Source: an uncultured delta proteobacterium
GTDB taxonomy: Bacteria > Myxococcota_A > UBA9160 > SMWR01
Reading direction: 5' to 3'
Length of the DNA stretch: 64,000 nt
Assembly (NCBI GenBank): GCA_963832165.1
Contig: CAWHTE010000007.1
Coordinates: 576,001 to 640,000 of the forward strand
Below are positions 28,673 to 37,998 of the stretch, piece after piece. Positions within the stretch are counted from its first letter, which is position 1; the number at the start of each line of letters is the position of its first letter. A program made the translations under genes and the position numbers. The notes beneath the pieces were generated by a model that saw only the letters and a list, made by a program, of their open reading frames with translations, was not told where the DNA came from and did not search any database.

Positions 28673-30771
28673 TCGCGATACAGCACTGCGTCGGGGGTGG
28701 TCTTCGGCGGACGCAGGCGCGGAAACGCGCCGAGCTGGAGGCTCGTGAGATCTCCCTGCACGACGAGCTCGATCGGCAGCGGCTCGCGGCTGCGCACCAT
28801 GCCGTAGCGCTCGCGCATGCCGCGGTAGGCATAACGCGCCTCGGCCTCGGGGCGCTCGTCGACGTCGTCGGCGAGCCCGAGTCGAGCGCGCTCGAACACC
28901 ACGTCGCGCTCCGCGTTGGGCTCGAGCGCGTCGTCTTCGTCGAGCAGCGAATTCCGGAAGCTGGTCTCCTCGAGCCGCGCGACCAGGCGCGCGAAATCCG
29001 GCTCGGCGAGCTGCGCACCGAGCCGGCGCGGCGGATCGTCTTCGTCGCCGCTCTCCGCGAGCACGGAGATCACCACGTCGCGCCCGCCCACGAGCGTGAC
29101 GCCATCCGGGTGGAGCTCGCCGTTGCTCGGCTCGTCGTCGAGCAACGCCGTGGAGAGATCGAGCCCACCCGGCCCCGCGATGGCGGGATTCTCGAGCAGG
29201 AAGCCGCGCGAGAGCTGCACCGCGTGCGCGGTGTGATCGGCCGTCTGTTCGCGCGCGGCGCGGCCGGCTTCGTCGCCCGCGCGCGTCTCCGGGAACGCGC
29301 GCGCGACGTTCGCGAGCAGGCGCGGGCGCAACGCGTTGCTCTTCTCGTCCGATGCCACCTTCAGCGCCTGCTCGGCGGCGCGCTCGCGCAGCACGTCGAG
29401 CTCGGCGTCGGAAGCGTCGGGTCGGCCCTCCGCCACGCGCAGCGCGCCGACCCAGTTCTCGCGATCGCGCTCGAACTCCTCGAGCCAGTCGCGCACCTCG
29501 TGCGCGTGCGCGCCGCGCGGCCTCTGCTCGAGATAGCGACGCGCGTGCACGGCGGTCTCGGCCGCACCGGGGGTCGAGTCGCGCCACGGGAGCTGGACGA
29601 GGCGCACCGGCAAGAGCGCCGCGCCCTGGATCCGCCACGGCAGGTCGAGCAGCCACGCGGTGAAGCCGAGCTTCCCGCGCTCGGGTGCGATCGTGAGCGG
29701 GCCGAACAGCACCCAGCGCACCGTGCGGGAGCGTTCGGCCGAGCGCTCGCGCACGAACGCGACATACGGATTGCGGACGGGGTCGTGCTGCAGCGCCTCC
29801 AGGTGGCGCTCCATCGTGGCTTCGGGCGGGTCCTCGCGACCCGCGAGTACAGCGAGGACGGTGGCGCGCTCTCCCGCGAGCTCCTCGCGCGTGCCGCCGA
29901 ACTCGAGCGTTCGCGCGAGCGCGCTCTCTCTCGCGGCGATTCGCGCCTCGGCCTTCTCCTGGAGCTCGCGCGCGTCCTCGCTGTCGACGTAGCGGCGCGC
30001 GCGACGCGCGTAGATCCACGCCGCGTCGGGAAGCCCGTCGCCCAGCGCGTCCTCGGCGCGATCGAGCGCGTTCTCGGCCTGCGTCTCGCGCCACTTCGTC
30101 TGATAGGCCTCGATCTCGGGCGAGAGCTCGGCGACCTCGGGCGCGTCTGGGTACTCGCGCACGAAGCGCTGCCAGTGCACGAGCGCCTGGCGCCGCTGGA
30201 GCGGCAGTGCGTCGTCGCGGGCGTAGTCGATGGAATAGTGAGCGAGAGCGTTGCCGACCGCGAACGGCATCAAGATCGGGTTGAAGATCGAGCGGCCGAC
30301 GGGTTCGGACACCGTGTTGAACAGCTGCGCCGTGGCGGTGTAGCGCGCTTCGTCGATGCGTTGGAGCGCGAGCGCGAGCGGATCGTCCTCGAGCCAGCGC
30401 TCGAGGCGCGCGCGCGAGGCGGCGTCGAGATCGTCGCGCTCGAGCAGGAGCTCGGTGGCGGCGAGTCCCGCGCGGCCCGGGAAGCGCACCGAGTCCGCCG
30501 CCTCGAAACCCGCGGGCACGAGTCCCGTGGCCGGACCTTCCGGGCGCAGGTCGAGCTCGGCGGTCTCGAGCCGGTCGAGTGCGCTGCTCGCGCGATCGCG
30601 ATCGGCCGCGAGCACGGCCAGCGCGAGATCGGCGGCAGCGTGGTCGAGCGCATCGGGCACGATCGACGCGCGCTGACTCGGCACGGCGATCAGACCCTCG
30701 GGCAGCGCCGCGGGTGTCGCGCACGCGAGCACACCGGCCGCAAACAACCACACCCCGAGTGCGCGCCTCAT
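28669..30771 (-). CDS. Hypothetical lipoprotein (700 aa, helical/TPR-like)
   Basis: MRRALGVWLFAAGVLAC lipobox; ATGA overlap with the upstream gene; FVREYPDAPE and YLEQRPRGAH turns. Confidence 0.75.
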   Translation of the reverse strand: MRRALGVWLFAAGVLACATPAALPEGLIAVPSQRASIVPDALDHAAADLALAVLAADRDRASSALDRLETAELDLRPEGPATGLVPAGFEAADSVRFPGRAGLAATELLLERDDLDAASRARLERWLEDDPLALALQRIDEARYTATAQLFNTVSEPVGRSIFNPILMPFAVGNALAHYSIDYARDDALPLQRRQALVHWQRFVREYPDAPEVAELSPEIEAYQTKWRETQAENALDRAEDALGDGLPDAAWIYARRARRYVDSEDARELQEKAEARIAARESALARTLEFGGTREELAGERATVLAVLAGREDPPEATMERHLEALQHDPVRNPYVAFVRERSAERSRTVRWVLFGPLTIAPERGKLGFTAWLLDLPWRIQGAALLPVRLVQLPWRDSTPGAAETAVHARRYLEQRPRGAHAHEVRDWLEEFERDRENWVGALRVAEGRPDASDAELDVLRERAAEQALKVASDEKSNALRPRLLANVARAFPETRAGDEAGRAAREQTADHTAHAVQLSRGFLLENPAIAGPGGLDLSTALLDDEPSNGELHPDGVTLVGGRDVVISVLAESGDEDDPPRRLGAQLAEPDFARLVARLEETSFRNSLLDEDDALEPNAERDVVFERARLGLADDVDERPEAEARYAYRGMRERYGMVRSREPLPIELVVQGDLTSLQLGAFPRLRPPKTTPDAVLYRD

Positions 30772-31733
30772 GGCGTGAACCGATCGCGGTCGACCGACAG
30801 CGCGAACGCGAGGAACGCCTCGAGCCGCCGCGCCGCCTCCACCTTCTCCGGGGCGCCGTCGCGCGACGCGACCATCTCGTAGATGCGCGAGCCCGAATCG
30901 ACGAGGTCGCGGAACGCGCCCGGGTCGAAGTCGAGCCCTTCGGGCGGGTGCGCTTCGACGTAGTCGAGCGACAGGTCGGCGTAGAGGTCGGCGAGTGCGA
31001 GCAGGTGGCGCGCGGCGCGCTTGCTGTCGCCGTGGCGCAGCGCCACGCGCTCGAGCTCCGAGACCGCGCGCAGATCGCCGTCCGGCAGCACGTCGCGCAG
31101 GCGCGTGAAATAGCGCGCGCGCTCGAGATCGGCGCGCTCGATCTCCTCCGCAATTACGTGCGCGTGGTGGGTGCCCTGCGCCGTCTGCGCGAGCTCCTCG
31201 AGCTTCGCCGCGCGCTCCTCGAAGCGCGCGAGCGCGGCGTCGCTGTCGGGCAGCGCGAGCTCGCCGATCCGCTCGCCGGTCGCCTTCGCGGGCGCGAGCG
31301 GCGACGGCGCGCTCACGGCCTCGTGCAGCGCGTCGAGCAGGTCCGCGCTGCGCAGCGCCTCGTCGCGCAGGTCCGCCTCGCGCTCCGCCGCGAGGTGGTA
31401 GGTGTCCGCCGCGAGGTCGTACGCGCGCAGCCGCTCGAGCGCACGGCCCTTCGCGAACGCGATCGCGCCGTCGAGATGGCCCGCGCGCAGCGCGTCGGCG
31501 TGAAGCTGTTCCAGGTTCTCGAGCCGGAGCAGACTGCTCCGGTAGACGTTGCGGTCGGTGAAATCGCGCGCGGGTTCGAAGCGATAGGTGTCGTCGGGTA
31601 CGTGGCGCTCGAGCACCGCAATGATCTCGAGCGCAGAGGCGCTCGGGCGGTAGCGCGGATCGACCTCGGGCGGGGACGCGCACGCGCACACGAGCGCGGC
31701 GCCGAGCACCGCGGTGGTGCGCAGCGAATTCAC
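30768..31733 (-). CDS. Hypothetical lipoprotein (321 aa, TPR-like)
   Basis: GTG start overlapping the cimA stop; signal ...GAALVCAC; FAKGRALERLRAYDLAADTY TPR-like segment. Confidence 0.75.
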   Translation of the reverse strand: MNSLRTTAVLGAALVCACASPPEVDPRYRPSASALEIIAVLERHVPDDTYRFEPARDFTDRNVYRSSLLRLENLEQLHADALRAGHLDGAIAFAKGRALERLRAYDLAADTYHLAAEREADLRDEALRSADLLDALHEAVSAPSPLAPAKATGERIGELALPDSDAALARFEERAAKLEELAQTAQGTHHAHVIAEEIERADLERARYFTRLRDVLPDGDLRAVSELERVALRHGDSKRAARHLLALADLYADLSLDYVEAHPPEGLDFDPGAFRDLVDSGSRIYEMVASRDGAPEKVEAARRLEAFLAFALSVDRDRFTP

Positions 31734-33280
31734 ACCGAGCGGCGCCGCGAGGCCAGCGCGTTGAGCATCTTCTCGGTCGCGATCACGGCTGCGGCGAGCT
31801 GATCCGAGTCGACGCCCAGCGTCGAGAACGTGTCGCGCGGCCGCGACTCGCGGCGCCACGTGATCACGGTCTCGACGAGCGCGGTGGTGCGGCCGCCCGG
31901 CGGGATGCGCACGCGGAAGTCCGTGAGCAGCGCCACCTCGAGGCCGAGCTCCTCGGCCGCCTTGCGCAGCGCGGTCATGAACGCGTCGTAGCCGCCGTCT
32001 CCGTTCGCGCGCGCCTTCGCGCTGCGCCGCTTGTAGGAGAGCGCCACCTCGGCGAAGGGTTGCTCGCCCGTGGCGACCACGACGCGGTAGTCGTGCACGC
32101 GCACGAGCTGCTCCTCGGGCGTCTTGAGCACGTCGGCGATGATGTAGGGCAGGTCCTCGGCGACGACGGTGTGCTTCTTGTCGCCGAGCTCGATGATCCG
32201 CTGCAGCACGAGCGCGCGATCCTCGGGCGGCAGCGCGATGCCGAGGCTCTTCAGATTCTGGTCGAGCGACGCCTTGCCCGAGAGCTTGCCGAGCGCGTAC
32301 TTGCGGCGGCCGCCGAAGCGCTGGGGAGCGAGCCGGCTCGCGTAGAGATCGCCCTTCATGTCGCCATCGGCGTGGATGCCGGCCGTCTGCGTGTACACGT
32401 CGCGTCCGACCACGGGCGTGTTCGCGGCGAGGTCCTTGCCCGAGAACGTCGCGACGAGCCCCGACACCGACGAGAGGCGCGACTCGACCACGCCCGTGCG
32501 GAACTCGCTGTGATCGTGCAGCGTCGCGACGATCTCGGCGAGCCGCGTGTTGCCGGTGCGCTCGCCCATCCCATTCACGCTCGTGTGCACGCCGCGCGCG
32601 CCCGCGCGCACGGCCGCGAGACAGTTCGCGTTGGCGAGGCCGTAGTCGTTGTGGCCGTGGAACTCGAACACCGTGTCGGGCCAGGTGGAGGTCATGAGCC
32701 CGACGTAGCGGCCCGCGTCTTCGGGCGCGAACACGCCCAACGTGTCGGCGAGGTAGATGCGGTCGATGCCCGACTCGCGCAGCTGCTGCACCATCGCGAA
32801 CACGTAGTCGAACGAATCCCGGACGCCGTTCGACCAGTCCTCGAGATAGGCGTTCAGGCGGATCCGCTTGCGGCGCGCATTGCGCGCGGTCTGTGCCACG
32901 GCGTCGCGGTGCTTCTCGGGCGACATGCCGAGCTGGGTGCGGCAGTGGCGCTCCGAGCCCTTCACGAGCAGGTTCATCACGCGCCCGCCGACGCCGACTA
33001 CCCAGTCGACCGACGGGCGGCCGTCGCAGTAGCCGAGGATCTCGACGCGCGGCAGCAGGCGGTTCTTGGCGGCCCATTCGGTGACGCGTTCGGCGGACTC
33101 GCGCTCGCCCTCGGACACGCGCGTGGAGGCGATCTCGATCCGGTCGACCTTCACCTCCGCGAGCAGGATGCGCGCGATCTGGAGCTTCTCTCCGGGCGTG
33201 TAGGAGACGTCGGGCGTCTGTTCGCCGTCGCGCAGCGTCGTGTCCATGATCTGGACGCGGTCTTTTTGCGGAACGGCCAC
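31730..33280 (-). CDS. cimA: (R)-citramalate synthase, Leptospira-type (LeuA/CimA family)
   Basis: DTTLRDGEQT, VDRIEIAS, NLLVKGS, YLEDWSNG, HGHNDYGL, GERTGN; C-terminal regulatory domain GDGGYDAF. Confidence 0.85.
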   Translation of the reverse strand: MAVPQKDRVQIMDTTLRDGEQTPDVSYTPGEKLQIARILLAEVKVDRIEIASTRVSEGERESAERVTEWAAKNRLLPRVEILGYCDGRPSVDWVVGVGGRVMNLLVKGSERHCRTQLGMSPEKHRDAVAQTARNARRKRIRLNAYLEDWSNGVRDSFDYVFAMVQQLRESGIDRIYLADTLGVFAPEDAGRYVGLMTSTWPDTVFEFHGHNDYGLANANCLAAVRAGARGVHTSVNGMGERTGNTRLAEIVATLHDHSEFRTGVVESRLSSVSGLVATFSGKDLAANTPVVGRDVYTQTAGIHADGDMKGDLYASRLAPQRFGGRRKYALGKLSGKASLDQNLKSLGIALPPEDRALVLQRIIELGDKKHTVVAEDLPYIIADVLKTPEEQLVRVHDYRVVVATGEQPFAEVALSYKRRSAKARANGDGGYDAFMTALRKAAEELGLEVALLTDFRVRIPPGGRTTALVETVITWRRESRPRDTFSTLGVDSDQLAAAVIATEKMLNALASRRRSV

Positions 33281-33301
33281 GGGGGAGGACTCCGGCCTGC
33301 G

Positions 33302-33329
33302 AGTGTGACGGTGTGCCGCAGTGTGTCAA
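33302..33329 (-). promoter_or_regulatory. Candidate sigma70 promoter for cimA
   Basis: TTGACA-N16-CACACT on the minus strand. Confidence 0.4.
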
Positions 33330-33359
33330 CACTGCAGGCGCCTTACACTCTGCGAAGCG

Positions 33360-34289
33360 ATGGCGGCACCGATCGGCGAATCGCTCGAGGTGGAGCCGTC
33401 CGAATCCGGACGCCGGCTCGACGTCTTCCTCGCCACTCGCCTGCATCTCACGCGCGGGCGCGCGCGTCGGCTGCTCGCGAGCGGTGCGGTGCGGATCGGC
33501 GGGCGGCCGCTCGGCGAGGGCGACAAGGGCCTCGCGTTGCACGTGGGCGAGCGCATCGATGTGGAGGCCGAGGTGCGCGCGGACGCCGAGCGCATTCCGG
33601 CCGAGCCCGAGGCTTCACTGTGCGTGCTCGCGCAGGGGCCCGGCTGGCTCGTGGCCGACAAGTCCGCCGGCGTGCCCGTGCACCCGCTCGCGGCCGGCGA
33701 GCGCGGGACGCTGCTCGGCGCCGTGGTGGCGCGCCATCCCGAGATCCAGGGAATCGGCGAAGGCGGGCTGCGCAGCGGGGTGGTGCACCGGCTCGACGTC
33801 GATACCTCGGGCGCGCTGCTGCTCGCGACCGACGAGGAGCAGTGGCAACGGCTGCGCGCGGCGTTCCGCGAGCACCGCGTCGAGAAGCGTTACCGCGCGA
33901 TCGCGGTCGGCAGCGTGGCCGCGGACGGCGAGATCGAGCTGCCGCTCGTGGTCGCGCGCCACCGGCCCGCGCTCGTGCGCGCAGCGAATCCGGACGAGCT
34001 CGAGGATGCGCGCCGGACGACCACGAGCTGGCGCGTCCTCGAACGTCTGCGCGGCGCGACGCTGCTCGAGGTGCGCACGGTGACGGGTTTCCTGCACCAG
34101 GTGCGCGCGACACTCGCACATCTCGGCCATCCGCTCGCGGGGGATCGCAGCTATGCGCCGGACGGCGATGCGACGGGCGCCGCGCGCCACATGCTACACG
34201 CGGCGTCGCTGCGTTATGCGGGGATCGCGGCGGAGAGTCCGGATCCGCGTGATTTCGCGGAGGTGCTCGCGGCGCTGCGCACGCGATGA
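33360..34289 (+). CDS. RluA/RluD family pseudouridine synthase
   Basis: S4-like RLDVFL N-terminus, VHRLDVDTSG, TGFLHQVR, GHPLAGD.Y, LHA. Confidence 0.92.
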   Translation: MAAPIGESLEVEPSESGRRLDVFLATRLHLTRGRARRLLASGAVRIGGRPLGEGDKGLALHVGERIDVEAEVRADAERIPAEPEASLCVLAQGPGWLVADKSAGVPVHPLAAGERGTLLGAVVARHPEIQGIGEGGLRSGVVHRLDVDTSGALLLATDEEQWQRLRAAFREHRVEKRYRAIAVGSVAADGEIELPLVVARHRPALVRAANPDELEDARRTTTSWRVLERLRGATLLEVRTVTGFLHQVRATLAHLGHPLAGDRSYAPDGDATGAARHMLHAASLRYAGIAAESPDPRDFAEVLAALRTR

Positions 34290-34290
34290 C

Positions 34291-34334
34291 GAGCCGCGGA
34301 AGGCGGGATCCGCCTTCGGCTCCTCCCGCCCTAC
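34291..34334 (-). repeat. GTAG REP type A
   Basis: Minus strand GTAGGGCGGGAGGAGCCGAAGGCGGATCCCGCC; 41 nt identical to the copy at 54439. Confidence 0.85.
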
Positions 34335-34990
34335 TTCTTCATGGCGAACGTCAATCCGTCCGAGATCGGCAGCATCACGGTATCGACGCGGCGGTCGTTT
34401 GCGACGTGGTCGTTGAAGCGCCGGATCGCGACCGTGTTCGCGTCGTTCGCGTCGGGGTTCACGACGTTCCCCGACCAGAGCACGTTGTCGACCAGGATCA
34501 ACCCGCCCGTGCGCAGGCGCACGAGGATCTCCTCGTAGTAGTCGATGTAGGAGACCTTGTCCGCGTCGATGAAGGCGAGGTCGAGGTGCGGCTCTTTCGG
34601 CAGTGCGCGCAGCGTCTCGATCGCGGGCGCGATCCGAAGCTCGATCTTGTGCGCGACTCCCGCCTTCTCCCAGTAGCGCTTTCCGATCGCGGTCCACTCC
34701 TCGCTCGTGTCGCAGCACAAGAGCTTGCCGTCGTCGGGTAGACCCCGCGCGAGACACAGCGCCGAGTAGCCCGTGAACGTGCCGATCTCGACCACGCGCC
34801 GTGCACCCAGGAGACGCACGAGCAGCGTGAGAAGCGCGCCCTGCTCGGGCGCCACCTGCATCATCGCGATCGGGCCGAGTGCCCGGGTCTCGTGCGCGAG
34901 CGAGTCGAGCACGGGATCGGGAGGAGGGCCGTGCGCCACGAGGTAGGCGTGCAGCTCGGGCGAGAGACCCAGCGACTTGATCCCGCTCAT
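34331..34990 (-). CDS. Class I SAM-dependent O-methyltransferase (caffeoyl-CoA OMT-like)
   Basis: MQVAPEQG, VEIGTFTGYSA, FIDADK, DNVLWSG, DGLT. Confidence 0.93.
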   Translation of the reverse strand: MSGIKSLGLSPELHAYLVAHGPPPDPVLDSLAHETRALGPIAMMQVAPEQGALLTLLVRLLGARRVVEIGTFTGYSALCLARGLPDDGKLLCCDTSEEWTAIGKRYWEKAGVAHKIELRIAPAIETLRALPKEPHLDLAFIDADKVSYIDYYEEILVRLRTGGLILVDNVLWSGNVVNPDANDANTVAIRRFNDHVANDRRVDTVMLPISDGLTFAMKK

Positions 34991-35738
34991 CGCCGCGCCC
35001 GCGCTTGTTGCTTCATCTGGATCTGCATGGCGATCGCCTTCTCCTCTTCCGCCTCGGGGATCATGCCGCGGCGCTGATAGAGAATGGAGAGATTGGTGTG
35101 GGAGAGCGCGTCGTCGGGCTCGAGCTCGATCAGGCGTCGGCCGGCGACGATCGCGGCTTCGAGATCGCCCTTCTGGCGGTGGGCGAGCGAGAGGCCGTTC
35201 CAGGCGATCGCGAGCGCGGGGTCGAGATTCAGCGCCTGCTCGTAGAGCGCGATCGCCTCGTCGTGGCGGTCGTTGGCGAAGTGCTCGAAGCCGCGCCGGT
35301 ACAGCGCCTTCGCCTCGGCGTTCTCGACGCGCTTGGGCGCGGGCGCGCTCGGGGTCGGCGGTGCCGCCGCGCGCGCGGCCTGACGCGGGCACGCCCAGGA
35401 TCTTCTCGGCGCGGCGCAGGAACGTCTCCATCTCGCGCCCGGTCTGCAGATCTCCGCTCTCGCGCGCGAGGTCCAGCGCGCTGCGCAGCACGCGCGCGGC
35501 CTCGGCCACCTCGCCCGCTTCGAGCAGCGCGCGGCCGAGATCGCGGTGCGCAGCCGTGTAGCGCGGGTTGCGCGCGATGCGCGTGGCCGAACGCGTCGAT
35601 CGCCTCGCGCCAGCGCGAGAGGTCGAGCAGCGCGCGCCCGAGCGTGAACCAGGTCGTCGGGTCGTCCGGGTCGCGATCGATCAGCGCGCGCAGCTTCGCC
35701 ACGCGTTCTTCGATCTCGGCCGCGTCTGCCCTCGCCAT
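34987..35738 (-). CDS. TPR protein (two frameshifts)
   Basis: TPR repeats in three successive frames (DPDDPTTWFTLG; AEAARVLRSAL; DPALAIAWNGL, EPDDALSHTNLS); ATGA overlap with the OMT gene. Confidence 0.75.
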
Positions 35739-35795
35739 GCATGCGACCCTAGCCCAGCCGGAAGCTAGTAATCGGGCTGCCCGCATCGGACCCCA

Positions 35796-37011
35796 ATGCC
35801 CGTACTCACCTTCCTGCGCCGCCGCCTGTTCTCGCGGCTCGTGACCAACCTCGCGGTCGCGCTCGGCCTGTTCCAGGCGTTGATCGCGCACTGGCTGTGG
35901 ACGATCGCGCTGGAGCGGCCCAGCGGCGGTCTCGTGCCGTGGCTCGGCGCCGCACTCGCGCTCTCGGCCGCCAACGCCGCGACCGTGCCCGCGATGCAAC
36001 GCGCGCGCCGCCAGCGCAGCGGCCGCAGGAGTCGCATCGCGCGCGTCTACATGGAGTCGGGCGTCGCGACACTCTTCGTGGGGCTCTCCGTGCTCGCGAG
36101 CTGGGTGGTCTACGCGTTCGTGGGCGGCGCCGCGCTCGCACTCGGCGCGCCGGCCGCGTGGGTCGATCCGATCTTCCGCGTCGCGTCGGCGCTATTCGTC
36201 GCTTCGGTCGCCGCGCAGGTGGCGTGGGGCTTCACGGTCGGACAGCGCCGGATCGAAGTCACCACGACGCGCGATGCCGCTGCCGAAGCTGTCGCCGCAG
36301 CTCGCGGGCCTGCGCCTCGTGCAGATCAGCGATCTGCACATCGGCAATCGCCTCGAGGCCGACCGGCTCGACGCGATAGTCGAGCGCACCAACGCAACGC
36401 GCCCCGACGTCGTCGTGCTGACGGGAGACCTGTTCGACTTCGACCCGATCTACGTCGACGACGGCGCGCGCCGCCTCGCTGGCCTGCGCGCGCGCTACGG
36501 CGTGTTCGCGATCCTCGGCAACCACGACCACTACGTGGGTACCGAGCGCGTCGTGACTGCGCTCGCGCGCCATGCGCCCGGGATCCGCCTGCTGCGCGAC
36601 GAGCTCGTGCGGCTGGCGACCGAGGAGCCGCTCTATCTCGCGGGCGTCGAGGATCCGGGCGGTCCTTTCTTCGAGCGCGGCCTGCACGTCCCCGCGATCG
36701 ACGCGCTCGCCGATCTGCGCCCCGCCGACGGCCCCGTGGTGTTGCTCGTGCACCAGCCCGAGGCGTTCGGGCACGCGGCGCGACGCGGCTTCCCGCTGGT
36801 GCTCGCGGGCCATACGCACGGCGGGCAGATCGCGCTCCCGGTCGGGCGCAGGGGCATCAACCTCGCGCGCGTGATGACGCCGCTCACGCGCGGCACCTAT
36901 CAGCTCGACGCGTCGATCCTGTACGTGAACCGCGGCATCGGCGTAGGAGGTCCGGCAGTGCGGATCCACTGCAATCGCGAGATCGCGGTGCTCGAGCTGG
37001 AGCCGTCGTAG
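35796..37011 (+). CDS. Membrane-anchored metallophosphoesterase (YkuE-like; frameshift near 36272)
   Basis: N-terminal TM helices, then SDLH, TGDLFD, GNHD, HQP, GHTHGGQ, NRGIG. Confidence 0.88.
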
Positions 37012-37032
37012 CAGCAGCATGCGGCCGCGAAC

Positions 37033-37071
37033 GGCGGGATCCGCTCGCTTCGCTCGCTCCTCCCGCCCTAC
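37033..37071 (-). repeat. GTAG REP type A variant
   Basis: GGCGGGATCCGCTCGCTTCGCTCGCTCCTCCCGCCCTAC. Confidence 0.8.
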
Positions 37072-37955
37072 AACTTCTTTTCCAGCGCGTCGATCAAGCG
37101 GAAGCGCCGGAAGCCCACCTTCTCGTACGCGCGCAGCGCGGTGCGATTCGCGGGCGAGAGAGCCAGGAGGCTCGCCTTCGCGCCGGCCGCGAACTGACGC
37201 GCGAGCAGCCACGCGACCAGCGCGGAGCCGAGGCCGTGATCGCGCCGCTCCTTCGCGACGCCCGCAAACGCCACCCACGGGCGCTTCGGCCAGTGCGTCT
37301 CGAACTCGACGAACGCGGCGAGCTCTCCGCCCGCGCGCGCGACCGCATGCACGTGGCGTCCGTCGGAGAGCACGCGGCGCATGCGATCCTCGGTGCGCGG
37401 CTCGAATCCGCACGCGAGATAGAGCTCGAGGATCTCCACGGCGTCTTCGGGCTTCGCGATCTGGATCTCGAGCTGCGCGATCGGCTCCTCGGGCACCTGG
37501 GGTGAGCGCTCGCACTTCATCACGTAGGCCTGGCGCACGGGCCGGAAGCCGTGGCTCGTGAGCAGCGAATAGCCCGCGCGGTTGCGCGTGCCGATGCCCG
37601 CGGTGGCGAGCTCGATGCCGATCTCCCCGCCGAGCTTCTGCGCGGCGCGCAGCAGCTCGCCGCCCACGCCGCGGCCGCGGTCCTTGCGGCGCACGATCGG
37701 GCACAGCATGCCCGCCGACGGGTCATCGGGGCGGCGCAGGAAGCCGACCATCCCCTGCGCGTCGCCGAGGTCGCCCTCCTCGGCCACCAGCACGTGGTCC
37801 TCGGGGCGGACCCCGAAGCGCGCGAACTCGGCGACGAGCTCGTCCGCACTCTCCCAGAGCGGATTGAGCACGAAGTCGGCCTCGCCCCGCGCGCACTCGA
37901 CGGCGAGTGCCGCGAGCGCTTCGGCGTCCTCGGGGCGGTAGGGGCGGATCGGCAT
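37068..37955 (-). CDS. Tandem-domain GNAT acetyltransferase
   Basis: Two acetyl-CoA motifs RGRGVG and RDHGLG; N.ALRAYEKVGF. Confidence 0.85.
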   Translation of the reverse strand: MPIRPYRPEDAEALAALAVECARGEADFVLNPLWESADELVAEFARFGVRPEDHVLVAEEGDLGDAQGMVGFLRRPDDPSAGMLCPIVRRKDRGRGVGGELLRAAQKLGGEIGIELATAGIGTRNRAGYSLLTSHGFRPVRQAYVMKCERSPQVPEEPIAQLEIQIAKPEDAVEILELYLACGFEPRTEDRMRRVLSDGRHVHAVARAGGELAAFVEFETHWPKRPWVAFAGVAKERRDHGLGSALVAWLLARQFAAGAKASLLALSPANRTALRAYEKVGFRRFRLIDALEKKL

Positions 37956-37966
37956 GCTCGTATTAT

Positions 37967-37998
37967 GGCGGATTACGCCCTGCGGGCGAGCGCCCTAC
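37967..37998 (-). repeat. GTAG REP type B (degenerate)
   Basis: GGCGGATTAC...CGCCCTAC. Confidence 0.55.

Noticed and set aside
26729..31153. Very long ORFs (1474 aa minus, 1238 aa plus) and similar Arg/Ala-rich ORFs throughout
   Set aside because: Shadow frames of real genes in high-GC DNA; low-complexity R/A/G composition and no motifs
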